Positions 39,001 to 51,700 of a stretch of 64,000 bases of DNA are shown here, piece after piece. Origin of the DNA: Adineta vaga (taxonomy: Eukaryota; Animalia; Rotifera); the NCBI GenBank assembly GCA_021613535.1, contig CP075492.1, forward strand, positions 6,448,001 to 6,512,000. Reading direction: 5' to 3'. The first letter of the stretch is position 1; each line of letters opens with the position of its first letter. The notes under the pieces were generated by a model, which searched no databases, was not told where the DNA came from, and was given only the letters and a program-made list of their open reading frames with translations. A program made the translations under genes and the position numbers.

Positions 39001-40861
39001 TATCAACAGTCGTCAATTTTTCTAATGAGGCACCATATTCAAGAAGTAATTCGACAAAATCTACATGACCTCGACGAAGAGCATCAAGTAATGCTCGACG
39101 AAGATCATTACTCTTTCACACAAGTAAAACATAACAGAAAAACATCAATAAAGAAAAACCTACCTCCCATTTAGAAATAGTTCGATCTGTAAGAATATAT
39201 TTCTGTGCATAATCTAACTTTTGCCATGCCTAAAAAAACGACGAAATTTAATAAGCAAAAACAATTTCATTTTAATACCATTGCTAATTTCAATTCAGCA
39301 ACTCGACATTGTTGTTCATTATGAATTCCTTCGGAAAATTTCGTTGCTAAAAAAAGACAATTTCAATATATACATAGAAATCTATTCACAATTTTCAACC
39401 ATTTAAAAGTGCTTCAAGAATTGCATCTTCTAAATTTCCATGATGACGTTCGCTATCAAATTTGAAAATGGTTATCAATTGTCTTCGTTGTTGCATTATA
39501 CGACATAAACGATCTTTAATCTGATCAACCCATGAACTATTCTCCACTCGATGTTTCTGTAATCTATTAAAATGAATGATTATTTCAAATACAAAATCAA
39601 TTCAATTTCTATATTTACATAGCATTCAATCGAATTTCTCGGTAAGAAACGTCTAAAGTACGTTCTTTATTCAAAAATCTTCGTTCACTATCAGTACGAT
39701 CAACTTCAACTTGATTGAAATATGTATATAAATCAGCAACGAGATCAGCAGCTCGACCGGACTCCTATATGATCAATTTCAAATCAATAGCAAAAACATT
39801 TTCAGCTTTCCACTCACTTTCACAACAACTAATGGAACATTGTTTTCTAATGCTTGACAAACAGCTTGAATGGATAATTCACCACCTTCAACAAGAATCA
39901 TTACAGTTGGTGTTAAAATATCTGTTGTTATTAATGTTGTATTAATTTGTCGTAATTCTTGTTCGATTTCTGTTCGACGAAGAAGAACATCTTCAGCCGT
40001 ATAAGAATCACCATCAAATAATAGGAAATGTGTATGATTTGGTTCTAAATTCCATCGACCTTTTTCAGATTGTTTCGAATGATAAGCACGAACACTATAT
40101 TCATCAGCAATATTCTATTCAAAAGAAGATAAATTAACATCTTGAAATGAATTTCAAATCTTACCATATGAATAGCTTCGATTGAATTTGGACGAGGAGC
40201 ATTTAATGGACGATTTTCTCTATCTAATGCAACATCAAAAACAATCTTTGATATTCCATTTAATTGTTCTGTTCCAGCTGTATGTTTCCAACTTCCAATT
40301 CCAATACATGGAACATCAAGAGCATGTTTACGATTTTTATAACGATAATTATGTAAAGCTTTGCCAACTTCTCTTATTACACCAGCATTTGTTCCAGCAG
40401 TGATTAACCATGCATCTATAATCAACAAAAAAAATCATTTCTTCTTACGAAAAAAAAACAAATTCCTATTTTACTTGTCGTTGCTGCAGCAGCAACTAAT
40501 CCACGTTGAAAGGTTTTTCTTAAATGTGTAGACATATTACATTGTTTACCACCTCCCGTAACTGATATAATCAAATCAGGTGTTGGCAAACGCCAAGCAC
40601 GTTGCATAAATTCTACAACAGTTCTTGCATTCGTTTGTAAAGATAATCGAATATATTGAGAAAGTCGCGTGATTGAACTAAGTTCACTATTATCGAATTT
40701 TAAATAACCATATTGATCAGTGATCTCCCTAAGAGAATAATGATCAATAATATAATAAAAGCTCTCTTTTATACTTGCGGTTTACTATCCGATAAATGTA
40801 TGTCCAATTGACAAACAATCTCTTGGATAAGACGCATTTGTTGAACAATATCTTCAGACAT
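36004..40861 (-). CDS. TRPM-family cation channel (SLOG/LSDAT N-terminus, 6 TM, TRP box; no NUDT9-H or kinase domain)
   Basis: WRLPTPDLIISVTGG, AWLITAGTNAGV, LEPNHTHFLLFDG, ILVEGG, FLSSKCVQRYLDNQW, FYHAPIVRF, LGPKLLMI, ANVLLLNVLVALFN, WRYQRY, PLLPPPF; last exon NTSYLSDESDV*. Confidence 0.93.
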
Positions 40862-41319
40862 TTCTATGATTCCTTACTAAGCTGTTGTATAACTTTTGAC
40901 TGACAGACTTGTCGTTTTTTTTCTTCTTCTTTTCTGACAAATAAATATGATAATCAGAATATTTGAATAATAATGACGAAACAAAAGAATAGACAAATAT
41001 TTCTTTTGGGAGAACGTTTAAATATCCTTCGATTAAAAATATGAAATTCTAACCACATACTATTTTCATACTGTGCACAATAGTGTTTTTTTTCTCTTCT
41101 AGTTTTCATTCTTTTGTAAGGATAATTATAAATGAGAGAAGAAAATTTCTGTTGCTTCTATAGATCGAAGTGAGTTATTTTAATGATTTATACAAATTAA
41201 TTTTCCAGAAAAAAAAATTGTTTCTTCATGTATTTTGTTTTGGAAGTAAAAACAAAAAAGAAAACGACGAGATAAGTGACAATAATAATCATTAGACACG
41301 CAAGTACAAGTATGTATGT

Positions 41320-41898
41320 TTAATCTTCAAGTAACCATTTATCACGATGTTTTCTTTTTATTGCTGCTCGACGTGCTTTGATTGAATCAAGTTCTTTTTT
41401 AGTTAATTTCACTTTTTTCTTTTGATTTCCATTCGTTCGATTTAATTCTTCATTCCATGCATTATAATCAAAATAATGATATAACTGTCGAAGATCTCGT
41501 GCATCTTGTCCGACCAATCGTTTGCCTGTATTCATCGTACTAGGAATAGTCGGAGGTACTATATATGGTTGATAACGAAGATCAGAATGAGAATTAGCAT
41601 AACCCACTGATAAAGCATATTCATCAGTAGAATACTGTTGTTGTTCTGTATTAGATGAGTCAGATGTTGGCGGTGGTGGTTCAATACAACCTTTTGGTGC
41701 TTCCCATACCTAAACGTAAAATGAGAAGAAAAATAAAGAAATGATAACGAGAAAAATATGACTTACCGATTCAATACCGTCTGACCAGTAATAACGTTGA
41801 TAGTTTTCATCCCAATATGCTTGCCATTTTGATGTTTCGTCACTGGAACTAGTTGCACTTGCTGCTGCTAGTACTTCTTCTTCAGGTTTATCAGCCAT
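41320..41898 (-). CDS. Small WW-domain protein with basic C-terminal helix (intron 41710-41766)
   Basis: WQAYWDENYQRYYWSDGIES|VWEAP WW domain; C-terminus RQLYHYFDYNAW...KLTKKELDSIKARRAAIKRKHRDKWLLED. Confidence 0.85.
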
Positions 41899-42135
41899 CT
41901 AAGAAGAAAATTTCTAATTCTGAGGAAATTTCAATCCTTAGCACAAAACAATCAAATCGACCAATCAAAATACTGGTCGAGCCTCTACAGACTCGACTCG
42001 CTACTGGTTACTTTTTTTCACCTAAAATTTGATTGATTTATAGAGTTAACGAATGAATAGATTAGTTTTAGAACGAAACGAAACGAAACGAAACGAGAGT
42101 CGAGAGAATTTATTTTATCATATCTAAAAGAAAGA
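41899..42135. promoter_or_regulatory. Compact bidirectional promoter (WW gene / HSD17B10) with CCAAT box (~41961) and (CGAAA)n repeat (~42074-42095)
   Basis: 237 bp between divergent ATGs; GACCAATCA motif. Confidence 0.5.
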
Positions 42136-43020
42136 ATGAATGGTTTAGTAGCATTAATTACCGGTGGTGCATCTGGTCTTGGTTTAGCTTGTGTTAATCG
42201 ATTCCTTAAGCAAGGCATTAGTCATGTACATTTTTGTGATTTATCATCATCAAAAGGTGATGAAATTGTTAAATCGATGGATTCATCTTTAGTTACATAT
42301 CATCCTGTTGATGTTACTCATGATGATCAAGTTGAAGATATGTTCAAAAAGATACAAAAACAAAGTTCGAAACTTAATTGTCTTGTTCAATGTGCTGGCA
42401 TTGGTGTAGCATTTCGTTGTTATAATATCAATGTAGAATTTCTTTTCCTAAATATGAAACATCTATTCATTTCTTTTCTCTATTAGAAACGAAGTATGCA
42501 TTCCATGGAAGAATTCCATCGAGTTATGAATAATAATGTTATCGGAACATTTAATGTACTTAGAAGAGCTTGTCATATTATGGCTGATAATCAACCTGAT
42601 ACACGTGGACAACGTGGTGTGATTGTTAATACTTCTAGTATCGCTGCGTATGAAGGACAAATAGGTTCATTTCATACGATTTGTTTTTTCAAATTAATTT
42701 GATTCTCTTTTATTCCTATAGGTCAAGTTGCATATTCAGCGGGTAGTGGTGCTTTAGCAAGTATGACACTTCCATTAGCGCGTGATCTTGCAAGTGTTGG
42801 TATTCGTGTTTGTACGATCCTTCCTGGTGTATTTGATCAAACGAAAATGGTCGAACCATTATCTGTAAAAAGTAAACAATTACTAGCAATGATGGTGCCA
42901 TTTCCAACTCAACTTGGTTTACCTGATGATTTTGCACAATTAGCACAAAATATTATTGAGAATAGTTATTTAAACGGTGAAAATATTCGTTTAGATGGTG
43001 CCATGCGTATGCCTCCTTAA
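42136..43020 (+). CDS. HSD17B10: 3-hydroxyacyl-CoA dehydrogenase type-2 / HSD17B10 (scully, MRPP2)-like SDR, 3 exons
   Basis: [83 protein letters not shown]; the catalytic Lys is replaced (see findings). Confidence 0.9.
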
Positions 43021-43092
43021 TATTTCGTTGTTTGTATAGTTTGATTAGGAGAAGTTACTTTTGTTTTTGTTTGTTTTTTTCTAGATAAGAAC

Positions 43093-43647
43093 ATGTCGGA
43101 TAGTATTAGATTTAAACTGACAAATGGAGATGTTTTCGGTATATTTCGTCAAACATTAGAACGATATCCGAATAGTTTTCTGACGAAATTAATTACGAAT
43201 GAACAAAATGCATCGTTTCATTCACGTGATGCTGATAATGCATTTCTTATTGATGAAGATTCCATGATATTTTCTTCACTTCTCACTTATTATCGTACTG
43301 GTGTATTAACAATTATTCATGATGATCTTCGTCAAGCAATTATCGATAAATATATGTTACCGCCAGTTCATTCACCTTCAAAAACATTATCAAGAGAATT
43401 ATCTCGACAAGATGAACCATTGTATATACATATTGGTTTTGAACATTCCTCATCAGTATCAGCACAAACTAGACCATCTCCATCACAAATTCCAGCACTT
43501 CATGGATGTCCATTTCTACTGACACATACAAATTCGTATCGATCGAAAGATCCTATTGAAGTTGCCAATTATTTATCATGTAATGGTTATACAATGGAAC
43601 AAATTGATCTAAATACACGATCAATATTAATGAAAAGAAAAGACTAA
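43093..43647 (+). CDS. BTB/POZ (KCTD/T1-type) domain protein, intronless
   Basis: F.IFRQTLERYPNSFLTKL, FLIDED..IFSSLLTYYRTGVL are T1-type BTB hallmarks. Confidence 0.8.
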   Translation: MSDSIRFKLTNGDVFGIFRQTLERYPNSFLTKLITNEQNASFHSRDADNAFLIDEDSMIFSSLLTYYRTGVLTIIHDDLRQAIIDKYMLPPVHSPSKTLSRELSRQDEPLYIHIGFEHSSSVSAQTRPSPSQIPALHGCPFLLTHTNSYRSKDPIEVANYLSCNGYTMEQIDLNTRSILMKRKD

Positions 43648-43818
43648 ACACATGTTTCGTTTATTTTTATTTATTTAATATTTTTTAAATGTATCATATA
43701 TATAAAATTTTGATCATCAGAATTATCAGTTTGAATGGAATATTTGTTCGGTTGATGTCATCTGATACAAGATACTCTTTGCTCATTTGAAGATTCACCA
43801 TAACGATGATACTGTAGT

Positions 43819-44919
43819 TTAGTTTGTAGCTTTCTCATTTTTTATTAGTACTGCTAGTTGATCAGCTACTTGAATACCTCGCCTTACAGCACCTTCAAGG
43901 AAGCCACCATCATCATCACTAACTTCACTACTACTCAACCATAATCGTCCATTCCATTGTGATTGTCGACATATACTACTTAGATGTGGATGACCACCTC
44001 TACCATCATTGATAGATGTTGAAGTAAATATTTCCGAACTCCAGTCAGTAATAAAAACAGCTGATGGATTTATTGCATCATTGCCAAAGATTTTCGTCGT
44101 AGCATCAATAACTTCTTGTTTAGTAGTACCAGCTAAACAAAATACGAATAGAGCATTACATGTTTCACTACTTGCATCATGCCATTCCTGAGCTTTACTA
44201 TAACGTGAAATAGCAAATCCACTTAGATTTTTTCTTCGCCACCATGCATCATCATATACAAGAATAGCTTTACATGTCGATGCCATCCATGTAACACATG
44301 TTTGGAGCTTTTCAGTAACAGCTACTGGTAATGCTGGTGTCAATTCAATAGTTGATACTAATAACTTAGGTGGTAGAGCTAACACTATATAATCTGCTAC
44401 TATCGAACGATGATCACGTAATATGATTGTAATAATTCCATTAGTTGTATAATCAATCTTTGTTACTGGTGAGTTAAGATGTATAGTGACAGTTGATTCG
44501 TTTTGAGTGGTTAATTCTTGAGCTATAGCTGTACATAAACTACTAGTTCCACCTTTGAGTCTTTTAACACCACCATGAATATTACCCATATTCGTACGTT
44601 GAATATTACCATTGCTTGAATCTATAAGTGATATTCCATTTTCATATTGTTGTAATGTTGAAATATTCAATTCATCAGCTAATGTACGTACTGCTGTATG
44701 ATGTGAAAAGATCCATGAAGCACCTAAATCTAGATTAAGTTCAGGAATACTAGATGTTCGACCACCAATTCGATCACGTGCTTCAACAATTGTAATTTTA
44801 TAGAATTGTTTCTTTAACAATTGTGTCAATTTACGAGCGCATGACAAACCAGAAAGACCAGCACCAACAATAGCAATTCGACTAATATTCACATCATTAT
44901 TTCTATCAGTTTCTGTTGC
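43819..44919 (-). CDS. Flavin-containing monoamine/amine oxidase, bacterial-type (5' exon not resolved)
   Basis: IAIVGAGLSGL, VEARDRIGGR, DLGASWI, ADYIVLALPP, C-terminal SSEVS..GGFLEGAVRRG. One long uninterrupted exon preceded by a splice acceptor at ~44920. Confidence 0.88.
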   Translation of the reverse strand, partial: ATETDRNNDVNISRIAIVGAGLSGLSCARKLTQLLKKQFYKITIVEARDRIGGRTSSIPELNLDLGASWIFSHHTAVRTLADELNISTLQQYENGISLIDSSNGNIQRTNMGNIHGGVKRLKGGTSSLCTAIAQELTTQNESTVTIHLNSPVTKIDYTTNGIITIILRDHRSIVADYIVLALPPKLLVSTIELTPALPVAVTEKLQTCVTWMASTCKAILVYDDAWWRRKNLSGFAISRYSKAQEWHDASSETCNALFVFCLAGTTKQEVIDATTKIFGNDAINPSAVFITDWSSEIFTSTSINDGRGGHPHLSSICRQSQWNGRLWLSSSEVSDDDGGFLEGAVRRGIQVADQLAVLIKNEKATN

Positions 44920-45719
44920 TAAAACAAATTTATCAAAGTTAAGTTTTGTTAACTAGATGTAAGTTCTTGCTTTATGGTATTCAAATACTTTTAGTATACT
45001 TTAAATCATAAAGATATTCAATGCATGCGGACATTTCTCTCATGGAAAAAAAACATGCTTTCTTCTTACTTGCATTGATGTGACTCTTACAGTTGGTTAT
45101 CATTTTTATCAATAAATAATAGAAGAGGCATTAATTTTGTTCTGCATTCAGATAACTGTGGACAGCGCACAAGTGAAAACATGGATTTCATTAAAGAGGC
45201 AATCAAGCTTCCATCATGGCGAATCAGATATTTCAACGCAAATATATCTCTGGTATCGGTTCTAGTTATGTCATTTTATTAATCAAAATATTCATTGTAA
45301 AGAACAAGTCATAAAAGCTAACGAACTCACAATCGTCTAGTTCTAGTATTTGAAAAAAACAAATTCCTAGAATGAAAACATTTCAATTCATTATATTCAC
45401 GCAGTGAGATCATCCAATAACACAGTTTACGTTAGATTATGCAAATGAAAATGTGATATCGCTGTGTGGAAGATCTAAATGAGAAGAAGACACGCACAGT
45501 ATAATTTGTTAACAAGCGGTGTAAAAACAGATAAACTATAAGATATAATTGCATGGTGTCACTGGCCTAAGGAAAATTGTCGGGCATGCTATAGATATAT
45601 GTTCGGCAGGTTTGATGGGCTGAGAATTTCTTTTCTTGTTATGCAACATTATAAATACATTAGCTCCGTTGAATGAACAATAGTTTATTTTACGTGTTTC
45701 TTCTACTCAATTGACACGA

Positions 45720-48700
45720 ATGGGTAGTTATTCCTTTAAGAATGAATCAATAATTGATATTGATAGATTGAAGATACAAGATGACGATAATCTACAGAAA
45801 CCGAATATCTATATAAAATACTTACCATATCAAGAATTGTTCACTCAACAAGGTTATCAATGGTTTGATGAAATTCAAGAGAATTTATCTCGTAGTATTC
45901 AATTGAGTGAATTGCGGCCAGGCTTCATATTTTGGACGGGTAGATTACAAGATTTTATTACACTATATGGATATTATTTTACTAAAATTGATCATTTAAA
46001 ATTGGTTGATTTATATTTATCTATGCTTTCTATTACTAATCTGGATTATTCAATTGCAAAACTATGTTTTACTGTTCTCGAACGTCTCTTACGGTAAATA
46101 TTTTTCAATTATGCAAAAAAAGATTCAATTGTAATTGATCATTTTTAGAAAACCGAAATTAATTACACGAGATGATTTGATAATTGATTGGCGTATATTA
46201 TCTCGATGGATCAAACTCATTCACAATAATCATGATAAAACTCATGGATTAATTACTATACCCAAGTTTGTAACTTCAATGTGAAAGAATTAATGTATAT
46301 ATTTTTTGTATTTTTTTCAAAGAGATATATCAATACCATTATTTTGTTGTGTTCGGCGATGTTCGCCATATTTCACATTAACAGCTACTCGTGAAATTCT
46401 TGATGAATTTCGTCCACAACTTTATTTCAATGATTGGACTATTATGGAAACAATGAAAATTCTTCAAATGATTTTACCAGTTAATTTACCTCCAGCAATG
46501 CATGATCACGGATACAAGTTCGTTTTGTTCATCTTTCTATTGCTTCTTCTTTACTCTATCAGAATTAATTTAGATTATGGTTAAATGAATTTTTTGAAAT
46601 TTGGAATACACTTTACAATAGAACAGTATGGGAACTAGTAAGTTAATTTATTCAATATATTTGTTATTCCTTTTATTTATTTAGCGTCTTACTGATATAT
46701 TCGCAACTGTTGCTTGGAATAATATGGGTTATATAGATTGGGAACCATGGTTACCTCAGGTACCAATATTTCTTTCATACTTATTCTCTGAAATGATTGT
46801 AACTACTTTGTTTATTTGTTTGATTAGATCTTTACGCGAATACTACGTGGTTTTTCTTTACCTGTTAGTAAAAACCAAATACATATAAATCATTACAGTT
46901 ATCTGATGGTATTTATAACAAAATGGATTGTTGCAATGTTAAGCAATACAAATTCATGTTTTCAATATTTACAAGATTTATTTATTTCTATCAAAAGTTT
47001 TTATCATCCATCAAATAACGGAACATTTCAAAGAGTTCTTATCGATTTTCTTTTGCATCTTGTCGAAAATTTTGTTGAACGAGTTCATTTGTATACAGAC
47101 AATAGTGACATAGATTTTCATCATTCTATTGTATGATTTTCTTTTATAGAGAACGTCAAACTGAACCACAATGGATTTTTACATTATGTGAATCATATCA
47201 ACTTACTGAACAGAATATTACTGATTTTGTTAATTGTGTGAAAGAATATGCATTGATTTCAATCTATAATCCAAGTTATAACAAAGAAGCAGCAGAAATT
47301 TGTCAATATCTTTCTATGCTTCGACCAGAAATCATTGTACCATTAATTATTGAAAAGTAAAGAAAACTTTCTTAACTATTTTGTTTTCAGAATTCTAAAT
47401 TCATTTGTAGACTTTTCTCATCACTTGATAATATGACGGAACCACAACGTTTTACTTCGACGATCACTTGTCTAACTCAAATTACTCTTCAAATGGTTCG
47501 ACAAACATCATCCTACTCACAAGGACAAACTTATGTCATACCATTATTATTGGCTGTTTTACCTGGTATAGATTTAAATGATATGAATAAGACTTTGGTT
47601 ACATTAGAGTTTTTCAATACAATCTTTAAATTGATTATCTGCGTGGATTGCTCTTCGGCAATTCATACTCGAACTGATCTAACTGAAGTAATAGATCATT
47701 TTCGAGATGTACAAAAAAAGAATATTTTAATCTTTCTTTAGATTGAAAAAGATGTTTGTTTATCTACAAAACAATTCGAAGACTTCATTGTCAAGTTTCT
47801 TCAACGAATATTTCAAATAATCGAAATTTTATCAACCGATGTATCTGAAGGAAATGAAACAGTCGATGAAGGTGACACAGAAAATAATACAATCGAAATT
47901 AAACTTATATCAATCATGTCGAACATTGTTCAACAATGTAGTCATAAAATATTTCAAGTAAAAAATTCATTTGATATTAATTTCATTTGAATAGATTATT
48001 TCATTTTAGATAATTCGAAATATGATGATCGATTTTCTGACATGTGCATTTTTATCTCCGAAAGTAAGAAAAATTGTTGCTGGACTTGTTTGTGTTATTG
48101 TTCAAAGTCATCCTGAAGAAACGTTAGAATATCTTCTACCTAAAACATGTCATTCGATTGAGATGATTATGAATTCATCCGATGCATCAACATTTTTAAC
48201 TGATCATAAAGGTGATCTTGAGCTTACTTGGTATTTGATTCTTTTCTCAAATTTAATCTCTGTACGTGGTGATATACTTCTCGATTACAAACCAATGATT
48301 ATGTCAGTTTTTCAACGATGTATATCTATTATTGAAAAGAATGCTTATAAAGCAGTGGCTCTCGCTGCAAATCGTTTACTCGAATCACTTACACAAATAT
48401 ATCCGATAGAATATCAACTAACACTGAAAAACATCAATGAACCATTCATCGAGTTTTTACCTATTCGAGTATGTTCGTGGACTGATCTGTAGAGAAATAA
48501 ATTGATTATAATTTGATTTAGGCATGGGGACAACATGTTGATCTTGATGAATTTCCAGTTCGATTTCATATTCCAAAAGCAGAACAAATAGATTTTGCTT
48601 GGGAATTCATTAATGCTTTTATCTATTCTGAATTGACGTTATTAAACGAACAAGGCATGAAAATATCCAAAGAAGAACGATTAAGATCATTGACTGTTAT

Positions 48701-51700
48701 TCGTAATATAGCTACTGGATGTTTTCATATGATTCCACCTATTGAAAATAACAAAGTTGAAAATCTGTAAGTCAATGAAAGTATTCTTCAACGAATTTTA
48801 CTGCTTGCTTTTAGTGTTTCATCCGTTGTTTCCTTTGATTTCAAATATCAAATTCAATATCCAATTTATAATACTCATCCAATAAGTAAGAAGAATAGAA
48901 TTGATCGGATCTATGGAACTTTATTTGTTATGATTTAGAATGTAAAGAAAATTTACGAATGCGTCTCTTCATTGATATTGGAAAATTTCTTGGTTTGTAA
49001 TTCAAACTTTTAAATAATCAACATAATTAATGAATTCGATGATTTTCATTTGTAGATGAACTTGTAGAAAATCATCCGGATGATGTTAAATCAATCCAAG
49101 CTGCTCATACGGTAATTAAAAATATTCATAAGAAAACTACTTCAATAATTATCTATTCTATTACAGATCTATTTCTTATTATCGACATATCATGGTGTTT
49201 CGTTTGATTCTGTTTATCAATTGTCTAAAGATATTCAATTTAATACAAAATTATTTAGAAACAGACTTTCTAGTAAACGAAAACATTTACGATTTCAATC
49301 GATTAAAATAATGCTATTACACATGGAGGTAACTTGAATAGAGAAAAGGAATTATATGAAACATACTTTTCATGGTTTAGAAATTTGAACTGAACAATTT
49401 TAAAACAATGAATCAAGTTGATAAACAAATTACAATGAAATTATTCGATCTTTCGATCAATCGATATAGTGAAGTAAATTGAAACATTATTCTTCTTAGG
49501 TTAGACATCATTTACTCATACTATCTTAGGTACGACGTCATGCACAGAATGAACTTTTTTCTATTCTTCATCATTATTGGTTCTCGTATGAAATTATTGT
49601 TGATCGTCTCGTTCAATTACTTAATTCATCCGAAGAAATTGATCATGATCAAATTAAAGTTCGTTTGTTTTTCTCGGTCATCTATTATCCTATCTACATT
49701 TATTTCAATAATCTAGGGTTGTCTCTATATCATTCTTGGCAATAATTCATTCTTCTTACCTGGAAAAAATTCATGGATAGTAAAAGAAAAACTCTGGCCA
49801 GCAATTGCATTGATGAATCATGTGAACAAATCGAGCACACAAACTATTGTCAACAATATCAATAATAAAATTATTCGAAATTTTGTAACTCATGCACTCA
49901 TACAAGAAACAAATGAATTATCTTTTCAATCAGCAGTGAATTTATGGCGACAATTACCGAATAATGAGATAGAAACATGTCGTAAAGATTTTCGAAATGA
50001 TATCCAATCGTATAGTAATTTAATGGAAACACTCAGTTCATTTTTCAAACGAGATAAATTGTAAGATTTATTTGAAAATAATTTTATCGAGAACAAATCA
50101 GATTGTTTTAATATAATAGAACATGGAAACAACGTCGAATGATCATGTCGTTTTTGCGTCTTCTTCTTCAAACAAGTGTACCAATTCCATTATCATGTAT
50201 TCAGATATTTGTCGATCATCTTATTCATGATAATACAGAAATAAGACAAGTGAGTAAATAATAGATAATTGAATATACAAACTATGATATTTATTTAGTA
50301 TGCTACACAATGTATTGCGGCTATTTGTCGTTTACAAAAACCACCACGAATTATTGTTGAAAAATCATTTCAAGATATTGAAACAACTTCAGCATTGATT
50401 AACAATACTGATGAACTCTATCCAGGAGATCGTGATAATAACTTTTGGATAACATATGATAATTATAAACCACCTAAAACACAAATTGAATGGGAAGAAA
50501 CATGTTTTTTGGATAAATTATATTCTGGATACTATACTTGGCCACAAATAATTAAGTACTCTATGAATAAACGTACACGTTATATGCCAAATACAATGCC
50601 AGAACAAATTGCGATCTTGTACGATCGCTTTATTGACAAAGATTTTATCAAACGATTTACAGAATTAACAGTTTTTGATAAACAACATCAAACAGATTTT
50701 GATTTGATCAGATTTGTGATGTTTAAGGTAGATATAACCATCTCTAATCGTAGAAAAGAAATCCTTTACATCAGTGATATCCCATATTATTATTATTATT
50801 TAGGGACTTTTCCGTAATTTTGGTCTTATTTTCTTTGATACTTTTTTGGAGCAACTTTATGTACTTATTCATGAGGAAACAGAAGAAAAGCGAAAATGCA
50901 ATCATCGAATCGCTGCTGAAATTGTTGCTGGTACTATTCGTGGTTCAAAATATTGGACATTAGAAATGGTAAGTCTATCAACAATTAACTTACATTCATT
51001 TCTCATTCTTTTCTCATAGTTGGATGAATTGTGGAAAAAATTAACACCATTTCTAACTGAAGTTTGCACGAATCTCAATGCTGAAACAAGTATCTGTTGG
51101 AATTGGTGTTTTCAATATAGTATGGTGAGTTATTTTTAGTATTAATCGATGTACGAAAATAACTTTGATTTTATTGAAAAGGAAAATACTGATCCGCGTC
51201 GAATGACTCGACCAATTAATTTTCTTTGTACATTGATGAAAGATCAAACAATAACGAATACAGTTGCTGAAACATCTCTCTGGAATGTTATTTGTAGTTT
51301 GCGGTGTTATCGATGGCGTATTCCATCAGTTTGGCGTGAGATTAATGAAAAAATCAAAGATATGTTCGATCATCCATCTCTATCGATACGAAACTATATT
51401 TCTGAGTGAGACAATTCTTATATTCATTAATTTATATACATATCTTTCTCTCGAATAGTTTACTATCCATACCACTCCATTTGGATCTTACAATATTTAA
51501 TGGAAAACTATCACGACATATTAGTATCAATCAATTTATTGATCAAATTCATGATCGATTTCAACAAGCTATTGAACTTGCTGGTAAAACATCACTTGGT
51601 AAAATTGAATTTTTTAGTATTGTTGTATAAAGTAATCTTTGATTTAGTTACATTCTCAAATGAAACCATTGAAATGAATCACGAAACTTGCAAAGCATTC

